A DNA stretch of 64,000 nucleotides from Octopus vulgaris (GCA_951406725.2 OX597816.1:63116001-63180000), one strand, 5' to 3'; shown: positions 1 to 12,694, numbered from the stretch's first letter. Made by a program: numbers and translations. Notes: generated by a model not told the origin, from the sequence alone.

Positions 1-266
1 TACTGCACTGACACTAACCGCGGTTATTGTTGTTGTTGTTGTCACTATTACTAACATTATTATTATTATTATTTTTTCCATCGCTTTGGAGTCGATAAGA
101 TAAAGTACCAGTCATGTGCTAGGGGGAAAAAAAGGTGAGCAATCTTTTTTTTAGTCGACTAAGTCCCCCCACCCCCACCGCCTCCCCACACTACCACTAT
201 TGGCTTTCTACCAAAAAAAATTTCAGACCGTTATTACTACTATTATTTGGTTTTCTTTATTCCTTT

Positions 267-318
<52 letters not shown>

Positions 319-615
319 ATAATAGTTACTACTACAACTACTATTTTGACAACACGTTTTATTCTACTCTACTACGAAAACCTGTGACTATCACTCGCAG
401 CAACCAACGCCCGTCTCCCGCTTTTTCGCGTTTTTTTTTTGTTTTTTTTTATTTATTTACTTTTACCCGTTTCTCGCCCCCCCCCCCATCATTCTTTACT
501 ATATTTATACCTCATGCTATCTCCCTTTCTAAATATGAGCCAACACACACCATCAGGGCCAACACCATCACCATTTTCGTTTACTGCTATTCCGTAGTAG
601 TATTTCGCTCTCACT

Positions 616-1032
616 TACTCGCTGTCTTACTCACTCACACTTTCACTCACTCACTCACTCATTCACTCACTCACTCGCTCACTTCGTCAGGCATTCACTC
701 ACACACTTGCCCTATTTCCTCACACATTCACTCATTCACTCATACATTCACTCACGCACTCACTCACTCACTCACTTCGGCATTCATTTTACTCCCTCGC
801 TCGATCACTCACTCATAACATTCACTCACTCACTCACTCACACATTTATTCACTCTCTCACTCTTTCACTCACTCACTCAGTCACTTACTCAAGCCCGTC
901 ATTCACTCAAACACCACCTCCCCCTCTCCCTCAGCACGATAGCTACCGCTACCAGGAGCACTACTATCACCATCACCATCACCACCACCACCACCACCGC
1001 CGCCGCCACCGCCACCACCGCCACCACTACTA
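616..1032. repeat. Degenerate (TCAC)n and (CAC/CGC)n simple repeats, probably 5' UTR of the putative gene
   Basis: Runs of cactcact and caccaccac read directly. Confidence 0.8.
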
Positions 1033-1081
1033 CACCTAGTTATTGCTCTTGTGGAAAATCTGGCGCAGTCGAGGCCTGCCT

Positions 1082-1171
1082 ATGACATCGTTAACTATGC
1101 TGAGGTTTTTAACGCAGAAACTAAAATCACAATCTATTAATGAGAGCCAGCCATACAATAATAACAGCCAG
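1082..1171 (+). CDS. Putative first coding exon of an unidentified host gene (MTSLTMLRFLTQKLKSQSINESQPYNNNSQ), phase-0 intron follows
   Basis: ATG at 1082, 30 non-repetitive codons, then a consensus donor CAG|GTAAGA at 1172. Preceded by a low-complexity (TCAC)n/(CAC)n leader resembling a 5' UTR. No downstream exon identified; product not recognised. Confidence 0.5.
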
Positions 1172-1390
1172 GTAAGAGATAAAAACTCATCGCTGTTATT
1201 GTTTGTTATTGAATTCGTCCAAGATTATTGCTGTTGTTGTTCTTGTTGTTTATATTCATCTATTTAGTAATATCTGTTGGTTTATTTATTTACCTATTTA
1301 TTTACTTTATTTACTTTTGGAAAGGGTATAGGACGGGATTCTTTTTTTTTTTCCGTGCAGGGTCTCGTATGTGTTTGTGTATGTTTGTAA

Positions 1391-1457
<67 letters not shown>

Positions 1458-1604
1458 AAGTACGTATTTATGTATAAATATATATGTGTGTGGACATGAT
1501 GTATATATTTGTGTGTATATATACATACATATATACACATGTATACAAATACATACATGTGGTGTGTATATGCATTTGTAAATTATACATATATAATTAT
1601 ACTT

Positions 1605-1666
<62 letters not shown>

Positions 1667-1707
1667 CTTATAGTTATATTTTCTGTATCTGTACACATAC
1701 ATACATG

Positions 1708-1773
<66 letters not shown>

Positions 1774-2231
1774 TACATACATACACTCTCGCACATACAC
1801 ACACATATATATATACGTACACACGTCCATGCATACATTCATACTTGCACACATGCATGCACACACATACATACATACATACATACATACATACATACAT
1901 ACATACATACATACATACATACAAACGTACACACTTTTTCACATTGTCTAAATCGACTGTCAGAATCCCGTTCTTTGTGTTGTAAAGTTTCTCCTTAATT
2001 TTTTCGAACGATTCTCTCGTGGCAAAATAATTCTGTGAATTATTCAACAATCGTTTATTATTATCATCATTACTATTTCTAGTACGTATAACGATTACAT
2101 TGACAAGTATTATTATGATCCATTTATACTTTTGATTACTTGGGTATCGGAAACGCATGCACGCCACAACTTCCAGTTTTACCTCTGTATATCTCAGGTT
2201 CTATCCAATAACCCAGCTCTCTTTCTCTTTT

Positions 2232-2296
<65 letters not shown>

Positions 2297-3644
2297 ATGT
2301 CTATCTGTGTTTGTAGAATATATTTCATGTTTACAGATGATGTGGGTTCGTGTCCCTCGAGCAGCTTGGACTTGTGCTGTTCTAAGGCTTTTTCTTTTTC
2401 TTTCTATAAACTTAATACTTACACGCTGTTATTTATAGTCTTATCTACTTCGAGTTCCATCGTTCCAAAGAAAATATACATACATAAATGCATGCATGCA
2501 TGCATGCATACACGTCTGCATGCTCACATACATACATACATACATACATGTGTCCGTGCATACACATACATGCATGTGTGCATACATGCATGCATGTACA
2601 CATGCATAAATAAATACATAGACGCTTGCATATATGGACCCGTAAAGGTAACATAGACATTAGCAATAGCCGAATCGGTGGAGCACTAATGGTGTTTTGT
2701 TTTTCTTACTATGTGACTCAGTTAGTCTTAACTTAGTTTCGTATCAACCATGGAGGAAATCGGAGATTATCAAAATAAGCATACCGGTAATTCGATAAGA
2801 TCGAAAAACCAATCAATCAATCATTTTTTTTTTTAACACCCTTCTCCGCCACCCACGACCACCACTACCGACTCGCCCGTCACTTCCATCATTCTCCCCA
2901 GTCAAATCGGCACCGTGCATTTTGGACAAAATACCTTGCGGTGTATATCTTCCAGAATTTTACATGCTCTGATTTCAAATCCCGCCGTGGCCTCCCAGTC
3001 TTTCATTCCACACTCTCTCTCCCGGCTCCCACTGCCCCCCCCCCCCCCAACCCCAGGGGTCGGGAAATAGGGTAAAGCATCAAGAGTCCTATACTGTAAA
3101 CGGTGGTATCGACTCCCTTCGATAGTCCAATGACTGTGGCCATGCTGGAGCACCGCCATTATATATATTTATAAAAAAATTTGTTTACGTTAGTCTTCTT
3201 GTTGTTGTTGGTGTCCTCATTGTTGTGTTGGTTGATAGTACTGGTGACATTGTTTTGCAATATCATTAGCATCATCATCTATGATCATCGTTTTCTTTTT
3301 TTGTTTTGTTGTTGTCTTTCTTTTTGGTCATCGTCACCATCACTATCATTATCATCATCAGCATCAGCATCATCATCATCTTCTTTCTCACCACCACCAT
3401 CGAAAGTCATGGCCATGACGACCACTACCATCATCATCATCATCGTCATCGTCTCTATCATCACCATCCATAATCACCATCATCATCATTTATCAGTTAT
3501 TTCTTCAGTAAAGTACTTGAGTCTACTTGCAAAACGGATAAAACAATAACAACAATAACCACCACCACCACCACCACCACCACTACAACCATCACCACTA
3601 CTACTACTACTACTACTATTGCTACTCTAAAAAGAAAACAATAT

Positions 3645-4078
3645 TCTTTTATTCTTTTACTTGTTTCAGTCATTTGACTGCGGCCATGCTGGAGCACCGC
3701 CTTTAGTCGAGCAAATCGACCCCAGGACTTATTCTTTGTAAGCCTAGTACTTACTCTATCGGTTCTATATTACCGAACCGCTATGTTAAGGAGACGTAAA
3801 CACACCAGCATCGGTTGTCAAGCGATGTTGGGGAGGGGGAGACAAACACAGACACACAAACATATACACACACACATACATATACACACACAAATATATA
3901 TATATATATATACATATATACGACGGGCTTCTTTCAGTTTCCGTCTACCAAATCCACTCACAATGCTTTGGTCGGCCCGAGGCTGTAGCAGAAGACACTT
4001 GGCCAAGGTGCCACGCAGTGGGACTGAACCCGGAACCATGTGGTTGGTAAGCAAGCTACTTACCACACAGCCACTCCT
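3645..4078 (-). mobile_element. tRNA-derived SINE family A, full length with internal (CA/TA)n
   Basis: Minus-strand head AGGAGTGGCTGTGTGG (A box) and GGTTCAGTCC (B box); body and ACTGAAACAAGTAAAAGA tail shared with many copies in the window. Confidence 0.9.
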
Positions 4079-4651
4079 ACAAAAAAAAATAATAAATAAA
4101 TAAAGTAAAACCTGCAAGTATGGTTGTTTTTGGCTTGCGGCCAGCCGAATTAAGAAATTGTTATTATTTTGATGCGTTGACGAGGAATTAGAGAGTTATA
4201 AATAATAACAACAGCGATGATGATGATGATGATGATGATGATGTAAGTATGTGCAGTGGCTTGCAGAAAGTAAGTAAAACAACAGGTGATGTGGTGACGT
4301 TCATGCAAATTCGTTCTACAAACTAGTCAGTCACGTCTGGTGTGTTGTTCGCTCGTCGTATGCAGGATGGTGAAAGCATGGAGTGACACGAACTTCTTTC
4401 TAGTCGTCCTCCTTACTATGAATTCGTAAAAGTGTAAGGCTTCCCCCTACAAAAGCACAGTCATCACCGACATCATCTCCAGCATCATCACCACCACCAC
4501 CGTCGCCGTCGCCGCCAGCAGTGTCGTAGCCTAGCATAGCACTTAAAAGTAAACGATGGTATGCTTGCGTGGTTCCACCGTCTGCTAGAAATAGCAGCCA
4601 AATATCGTTCATATCACACCCTATATAGCTGTCCTCGTTATCCATCCATCC

Positions 4652-4788
<137 letters not shown>

Positions 4789-4849
4789 GTTTTACAAATG
4801 CATAAATCTGGAGGAGAAGCACACTCTAAGATGTAGAGCAGTTAATATT

Positions 4850-5027
4850 ATAGTCGGGTAGGCCGGTTTATGGGGTTACCTTGAGTTTTTTGCTCATAAG
4901 GGGTTTAGACTTACGGCGAATAGGTCTCAAGCCAGAAGTGTTGGTGGGCCTGAAGATACGCCGTAAGGCAAAACCCCTAATGAGCGAGAAACTCAGGGTA
5001 ACACTTTACACCGGCCTACCCCACTAT
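4850..5027. mobile_element. Hairpin MITE-like element, ~72-bp imperfect inverted arms
   Basis: ATAGTCGGGTAGGCCGG...TTACGGCGAAT matches the reverse complement of ATACGCCGTAAG...CCGGCCTACCCCACTAT at about 60 of 72 positions (manual alignment); no ORF. Confidence 0.75.
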
Positions 5028-5959
5028 GATGTATGTATGTGTGTGTGTATGTGTGTGTGTGTAATCCTTTAAGCACAAGGCTTGTAATTTGGGGGGGACG
5101 GGGCACTAGTCGATTACATCAACCGCGTTGGGCTTAAGTGGTAATTATTTCATTGACCCCCCAGAAGGGATAAAAAAGCAAAGTCAACCGCGACGTCATT
5201 TGAACTCAGAACGTAAAGGTGGACGAACATTGGCCGAGGTCGACTTAGTCTTTTCATCTTTTCGGGAATCAAGATGGAATTATCACACCTGGAATGCTTT
5301 CGTTTGATCATAGGCCTGTCAAGTCAGTCACAGATCACCTGGGGTTAAACTACAGCGAAATCACCGGCTACAAGCATTGTCGTAAGAAACATGAAGAAAC
5401 AAACGGGGGAGTTTCTACGCCCGATCGTGCGAGTTGTTAGAAATAGCAGCCAAATCTTCAGAGCACACCAGATGGCCATGGTTTTAATCATCGCTTATCC
5501 TTGATCATAAATCTGACCTGGGTTTAAAGAACAACAACAGGCAGCGTCCACGTAGTCGCTTAACTTGCAAGAAATAGCAACAAAATCTCACTCAAAAGTC
5601 TTAAAAAGAAAGAAAAAAAAACTCAAATAAGTGGATGGATTAATTTGATCAAATAGTCTTAGAGATATATTCTCCGCAAAAAATAAATTGGCGTGATGGT
5701 CACGGTTGGGATGCCTTTCAGCGTAGTTCTCTGCTTGATCAGGTCGGCTTAGGAGATGCTAAATAAACAAACATAACCGTTATAGTGGTCGACGTTGATG
5801 CTTTTTGTTATGTCTGTTGTCAAACGGAGTTGCGTCTCGTCTGTTGTGAGATTAGGGGCAACGTTGTTATGTCACATATTTACTTTTTGTCGCTGTTATT
5901 ACTACATGCACTCTCTCTCCCCAAAACTCACACACACACACACATATTCATACATACAT

Positions 5960-5997
<38 letters not shown>

Positions 5998-6085
5998 AAT
6001 GGCTTATAAACACCTTCCACGCTGCAATTGTTTTCGTTCCAGCACACGATCTCAGATCAGATCACTTGCTATGCAAGTACATCTC

Positions 6086-6124
<39 letters not shown>

Positions 6125-6301
6125 TACTTGTCAATTGTCGTGGTCCCGGTTTTGCACACGCGAATTCGCGCGCGCGCGCGCGTCAGACGTAGGTACTCGA
6201 TACTCGAGATCCTACGAGGTGACTTGCGCATGCGCAGTGCAGAATTCGCGCGTGCGCGTTAACCCCCCCTAAAAAAAAAAAGGTGTTGGATTTCACTAAA
6301 A

Positions 6302-6338
<37 letters not shown>

Positions 6339-6626
6339 ATAACATTTTCAATTTTACACAAAAAATTACATAGTCGCTTTCCTCGCGGATTTACAGAGAA
6401 ATGAATTAATTACTATTTTACAGAATAAAATTAATGAATTAATTATATAAATTAAATAATTCTTGAAAATTAATTAATATTAATAATATTTTTTGAACAA
6501 AGTAAATAATTTATAAAACTTGGTTAATAATTTTTTTTACACAAACGCGAACGTATATAATTTGTGAAACTTTTTTTTTTTTACAGACGTATATAATTTG
6601 GTAAACTTAATGAATTAATTTCTTCT

Positions 6627-7040
6627 CATCATCATCATCGTTTAACGTCCGTTCTCCATGCCAGCATGGGTTGGACGGTTCGACCGGGGATCTGGGAAGC
6701 CAGAAGGCTGCACCAGACTCCAGTCTTATCTGGCAATGTTTCTACAGCTGGATGCCCTTCCTAACGCCAACCACTCCGAGAGTGTAGTGGGTGCTTTTTA
6801 CATGCCACCCGCACAGGTGCCAGGCGAGGCTGGCAACGGCCACGGTCGGATTGGTGCCAGTCGAGGCGGCTCTGGCATCGGCCACGATTCGGATAGTGCT
6901 TTTTACGTACCACCAGTCCAGGGGTCCTGGCATTTGCCGGGTGCCACACTTGCCCCAACATGTCTTCGCAAGCAAAGGGGGTTGGCATGGGTGCCTGTCG
7001 TGGGATGAGGTTCGATATCAACTTCGCTTGCCTCAACAGG
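6627..7040 (-). mobile_element. RTE-type non-autonomous retroposon/SINE nested in the left foldback arm
   Basis: Minus-strand 3' end ...GGACGTTAAACGATGATGATG; contains GGTTGGCGTTAGGAAGGGCATCCAGC. Free copies at 33724-33912 and 63439-63561. 5' boundary approximate. Confidence 0.75.
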
Positions 7041-7501
7041 TCTTTGTGTATAAATGTATAAATTTTTCGCACTAAATTCTTTCCGTAGAATTTATAAAAA
7101 AACGCGCAAAATTATTCCGTAGACTTTATCAAATTAAAAAACGCAAAATTAATATATTTTTTGAAATTGCAAATTATTTAGAATATAAAACAAATTAAGT
7201 TAAATTTTAAAAATAAATGTCATATACTTATACTCTGTAAGGTGCTGTGTTCACACTTCAATTTACTATTTTCTAGAAATGTTGCTTTTCTAATTGAAAC
7301 AATTTTTCTCAATCTCCATTTAAAAGTCCATAATGCCTCTTGAGCCATATCAAAATGAACAACTTTGAATTACCCGGTGGTGGTGGTGTGAGGTTCTAAT
7401 TTTTTTTCTGATCTCTCTTTGCCCCCCCTAGATGGAGGTGTGGTGGGGAGACAGATGAAAGATGTTTCATTCTCTACTATATATGTATATATATATCTAT
7501 A

Positions 7502-7534
<33 letters not shown>

Positions 7535-8114
7535 CTTAAACCTACACGATATAGTCTATAAATTTGGGATGTTTTTGAAAGATAATATATTTTGTCATCA
7601 GAATATATATACTTTCTCACACTACAATTAAGATATATTTATTTTAAATCGTTCATCTTTTCCCGCGACAACAAAAATTGGGCGCGAAAATTTTTCTAAA
7701 TATTAGCTGAATGAACAACTGAGATAAAGAGGGGGCAAAGAGAGATCAGAAAAAAAATTAGAACCTCACACCACCACCACCGGGTAATTCAAAGTTGTTC
7801 ATTTTGATATGGCTCAAGAGGCATTATGGACTTTTAAATGGAGATTGAGAAAAATTGTTTCAATTAGAAAAGCAACATTTCTAGAAAATAGTAAATTGAA
7901 GTGTGAACACAGCACCTTACAGAGTATAAGTATATGACATTTATTTTTAAAATTTAACTTAATTTGTTTTATATTCTAAATAATTTGCAATTTCAAAAAA
8001 TATATTAATTTTGCGTTTTTTAATTTGATAAAGTCTACGGAATAATTTTGCGCGTTTTTTTATAAATTCTACGGAAAGAATTTAGTGCGAAAAATTTATA
8101 CATTTATACACAAA

Positions 8115-8531
8115 GACCTGTTGAGGCAAGCGAAGTTGATATCGAACCTCATCCCACGACAGGCACCCATGCCAACCCCCCTTTGCTTGCGAAGACATGT
8201 TGGGGCAAGTGTGGCACCCGGCAAATGCCAGGACCCCTGGACTGGTGGTACGTAAAAAGCACTATCCGAATCGTGGCCGATGCCAGAGCCGCCTCGACTG
8301 GCACCAATCCGACCGTGGCCGTTGCCAGCCTCGCCTGGCACCTGTGCGGGTGGCATGTAAAAAGCACCCACTACACTCTCGGAGTGGTTGGCGTTAGGAA
8401 GGGCATCCAGCTGTAGAAACATTGCCAGATAAGACTGGAGTCTGGTGCAGCCTTCTGGCTTCCCAGATCCCCGGTCGAACCGTCCAACCCATGCTGGCAT
8501 GGAGAACGGACGTTAAACGATGATGATGATG
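8115..8531 (+). mobile_element. Mirror copy of the same RTE-type retroposon in the right foldback arm
   Basis: Reverse complement of 6627-7040; the one difference noticed is a C6 versus G5 run. Confidence 0.75.
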
Positions 8532-9016
8532 AGAAGAAATTAATTCATTAAGTTTACCAAATTATATACGTCTGTAAAAAAAAAAAAGTTTCACAAATTA
8601 TATACGTTCGCGTTTGTGTAAAAAAAATTATTAACCAAGTTTTATAAATTATTTACTTTGTTCAAAAAATATTATTAATATTAATTAATTTTCAAGAATT
8701 ATTTAATTTATATAATTAATTCATTAATTTTATTCTGTAAAATAGTAATTAATTCATTTCTCTGTAAATCCGCGAGGAAAGCGACTATGTAATTTTTTGT
8801 GTAAAATTGAAAATGTTATATATACACACACACATATATTTTTAGTGAAATCCAACACCTTTTTTTTTTAGGGGGGGGTTAACGCGCACGCGCGAATTCT
8901 GCACTGCGCATGCGCAAGTCACCTCGTAGGATCTCGAGTATCGAGTACCTACGTCTGACGCGCGCGCGCGCGCGAATTCGCGTGTGCAAAACCGGGACCA
9001 CGACAATTGACAAGTA

Positions 9017-9061
<45 letters not shown>

Positions 9062-10594
9062 GAACGAGTTGGTATATGAAAGCACGTGGTTGGATGTATA
9101 AAAAATAAAAAAAAGAGTGGAAAAACTACAGAAGGCTTGTGTTATACGGTTAAAGAATATATTTAAGTCGATATGTTAGAAAAATGTTATAAAATTTTGT
9201 GTATAGTAACATAGTTTTTGGAGAAACATATATATATATATATATTGTGTAAGATATAAGTTAGAGGTTATGCAACCATCTATGGTATAGATGTATCCAT
9301 AAGGCACTCCACTATTATGGTCTTTGTTTAAGGAATACGGTAGTAGGTAATTTAAAGGTAAAACTGTGGTTTAATATATATTCTAATTAAATAATGACTT
9401 TAAAACACCAATGATCCAGTTCTCATTCTTAATTATTGTTCCATTTCTTATCGTCTCTGTCTCTCTCTCTCTATATATATCTGTGTGTATATATGTGTGT
9501 ATATATGTATATGTACGTATTATAAATGCTTTTAAACGCCTAAATGCATTTACCGTTGCATTTGTACGTGGTTAGTGTATTTTCATACGCGAACCATGGA
9601 AATATAAACAAACACAGGCATATACATACACACGTGCTTATGTGCATGTATGCATGCATGCGTGCGTGTGCGCGCGCGCGAACGCGTATCCAGCATGGCC
9701 GCAGTCTAGTCACTGAAACAAGTAAAAGAATAAAAGAATGCACACATGCACACATGCACACACACTCACACACAACACACACACATATATATATATACCA
9801 GCATCAAGACTGTGCCCCAGCATGGTCGCTATATAATGACTGAAACATATATATTTATTTATTTATTTTATTTTATTTTTTTATTTTATCTAGTTTCAGC
9901 TCACGAGCTGTGGCCATGCTGGGGCACCGCCATTCACATATATATATATCATGTATACAACATATATATACGCATGTAAGCGTGTGTGTACATACACATG
10001 CAAACATGGTATATATATATATATATATATTTGTCATGTATACCGCGTATATATACGCATGTAAGCGTGTGTATACATACACTACATACACATGCAAACA
10101 CATGGTATATATATATATATATATATATAAACGTATATATATATATATATATATAAACGTATATATATATATATATAAACGTATATATATATATATATAT
10201 ACATACACACACTCACACGCACACACATATATATATATATACTTACAAATACGTACAGATTTATGCAGACGCGTTAGAATGTGGGCGCACGCGCGTGTTC
10301 GAGCGTGTATTTGTGCTCTTCATTGCTGGGTATGCTAAATATTTTGGGTTGTACGCTGATGAACCGGGAGTATGGTGGATTAGGTGCCAACTAATCAGAA
10401 AGTTTCCGGTCAGCGGTTCATTCCCGGTGCTAAAATTGGAACCGATTCCCCAGTGTATTTATGTATAAATGTATGAATGTATATATATGTGTATGCATAT
10501 ATATATATATATGTATATGTATGGAATATCTATAGGTGTATGTATGCATGTATGTGTGAACTAGCTATCTATCTGTCTGTCTGTCTGTCTATCC

Positions 10595-10663
<69 letters not shown>

Positions 10664-10764
10664 GGTGGATAGATGGATAGATGGATGGATGTTTTCAGAA
10701 TCTTGGGATTCGACCCCTCTTATGAAGTAAAAAATCGGCACAGTTATATGTATGATAAAAACTC

Positions 10765-10798
<34 letters not shown>

Positions 10799-11273
10799 GT
10801 ACACACACAGAGCACATACACATACACGGAGTCAACGAGAGAGAGAGCGTGCACGAGTCGCTCTATTTGCTAGATGTACCAGTTAAATCGTCTTAAACCA
10901 AGAGAAAAAATTACCAAAGACGTATATTGTAAAATGTAGTATTCTTAGCTACACAAGCTCAGCTAGGCCTGACCTGGGACCAAACCACAACATTTGTGTA
11001 TATAATATACGCGTGTTGATGAAATTTATATATGAACGATTGCTGTTGCTGGCATACCAACGTTTTTTTTTATATGTATATACACGCTACGCATGTCTTT
11101 CCACAAACTTCGCGTCTTTGTTTCTCTATTTACATGCATTTACTCACATTTATATGTAAATGTAAATCTGGATGTGTGCGTGTGTGTGTGTATGTATAAA
11201 TACGCATACGTATACATTCATACTTGCATATGATACATATACATATGCACTTACGCATATATATATACATGCA

Positions 11274-11351
<78 letters not shown>

Positions 11352-11364
11352 TGTATGTGCATAC

Positions 11365-11590
11365 ACACACACACAACTAATCATTCGCCATGCTAGATCG
11401 CTAGCCACAACACATTCTTTATTTTCTCTCCTTGTTTCTTTCTGTGTTCCTTTCTGTGGAAGAGCGTAGGCTCGAAAGGTTAAAGACTTTTTCACTTCCC
11501 GAGCATTATAATAATACATCTGTTTGTTGTCTACACCACCTGTCTTCATCTTTGGTTTGTTTTTTTTTTGTGTGAATTTTCCCTATAGGG
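11365..11590 (+). mobile_element. Penelope-like terminal-repeat fragment with hammerhead-like motif
   Basis: CTGTGGA-A-GAGC-gtag-GCTC-GAAA-GGTTA. Related copies at 45160-45325 (-), 53800-53845 (+) and 63240-63415 (-), mostly next to microsatellites. Confidence 0.5.
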
Positions 11591-11637
11591 AGGGAGAGAG
11601 AGAGATGCGTATATATATATGTATATATATACCTACC

Positions 11638-11678
<41 letters not shown>

Positions 11679-11914
11679 TCGATGCTTCATATTTGCGACA
11701 TTTGCGTACAGTCGCAAATTCACTGCGAAGCTATATGCATATACGTACACAGCTATATGTATTTAATGCAACTAAACGTTAAATATAAATATCTACAAAC
11801 GTATAACACTCATTTATATACATATATCCATGCAATAAATCAACAACTGTAGGCTTTACACACATAAAATTCTACTCTTCTTTTTATTAATTTATTATCA
11901 TTATTATTATTATT

Positions 11915-11962
<48 letters not shown>

Positions 11963-12059
11963 ATTATTATTTTTATATATTCGGCATAGTGCGACTTTCA
12001 CCATATAAGTTAGAGGTATTTTTGACTACGTGAGTACGCGATACTAAAAGCTAAACCTC

Positions 12060-12300
12060 CCATTGGTTGAAACCGGGGCCGCCATCATTTTTATTGAGCA
12101 ATCATAGTAAACTGTGTCTCTTCACAGCGTAATCAACATTCTCATTCATAAAAATCCTCTCTCTCCCTTACTCTCTTTCACTTTCTCCCTCACTCCCTCT
12201 CGCGCTCTCTCTTTAAGCCAATGTATTGCGTAGTTTCGTTGGCCGATAACTGTACCAACCACGTCACATCGGCCCACCGTCCGATCGACCAACCGACCAG
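12060..12300. promoter_or_regulatory. Promoter/enhancer-like unique segment
   Basis: ATTGG 12062, YY1-like GCCGCCAT 12078, CCAAT 12218 and CCACGTCA (CREB/XBP1-type) 12259 in a CpG-containing non-repetitive patch. Confidence 0.3.
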
Positions 12301-12340
12301 AGACTTTTTATCTATTTATTTATTTATTTATTTACTTTCA

Positions 12341-12372
<32 letters not shown>

Positions 12373-12694
12373 TTAAAAATATTTCATTCCACGTAACCCA
12401 CCACCTCATGTCATGCATGTCCTTGTATTGTATCTTCCCTCATCCGCCGTCCCGGTCGCAAAGAAGGGAATCGGCGTCATCATCATCATCATCATCATCA
12501 TTGTCGTCAACATCGTCGTCGTCGTTGTTGTTGTTGTTGTGAGTATAACGTAGGAACGCCTCAACGCGGTTCGCTTTTCGTGCTAGAAACAGCAGCCAAA
12601 AAAACATTGAAACATTCCTGAAATTGCGCGTAACTCATCGCTTCCCACAACCTACCAAAAACAAACACACGCACGCACGCGCGCACGCACACAC

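Larger units (their letters stand above)
6123..9018. mobile_element. Non-autonomous foldback DNA element: arms 6123-7426 and 7731-9018, spacer 7427-7730, inserted in (TA)n
   Basis: Termini GGTACTTGTCAATTGTCGTGGTCCCGG...CCGGGACCACGACAATTGACAAGTACC. Arms are reverse complements apart from homopolymer/microsatellite length. (TA)n on both sides; no transposase ORF. Confidence 0.92.

Noticed and set aside
707-1039. His/Pro-rich ORF as a transcription factor N-terminus
   Set aside because: Derived from (TCAC)n and (CAC)n repeats, non-ATG start, and stops before the candidate exon.
2337-2400. Possible exon after acceptor TTTCATGTTTACAG
   Set aside because: The phase-0 reading is not convincingly protein-like and no good GT donor follows; cannot be supported without RNA data.
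6658-8500. Duplicated ORFs MPAWVGRFDRGSG... on opposite strands as a possible transposase or viral gene pair
   Set aside because: They lie in the GC-rich nested retroposon, differ by a frameshift between arms, and show no recognisable catalytic motif.
6123-9018. Intact Polinton or endogenous virus
   Set aside because: No polymerase, integrase or capsid coding sequence; at most a deletion derivative, and the termini fit other superfamilies at least as well.
10356-10435. CTGATGA followed by a 9-bp stem (ACCGGGAGT/ATTCCCGGT) as a hammerhead
   Set aside because: The required GAAA after stem II is absent; looks more like a decayed tRNA-like SINE head.
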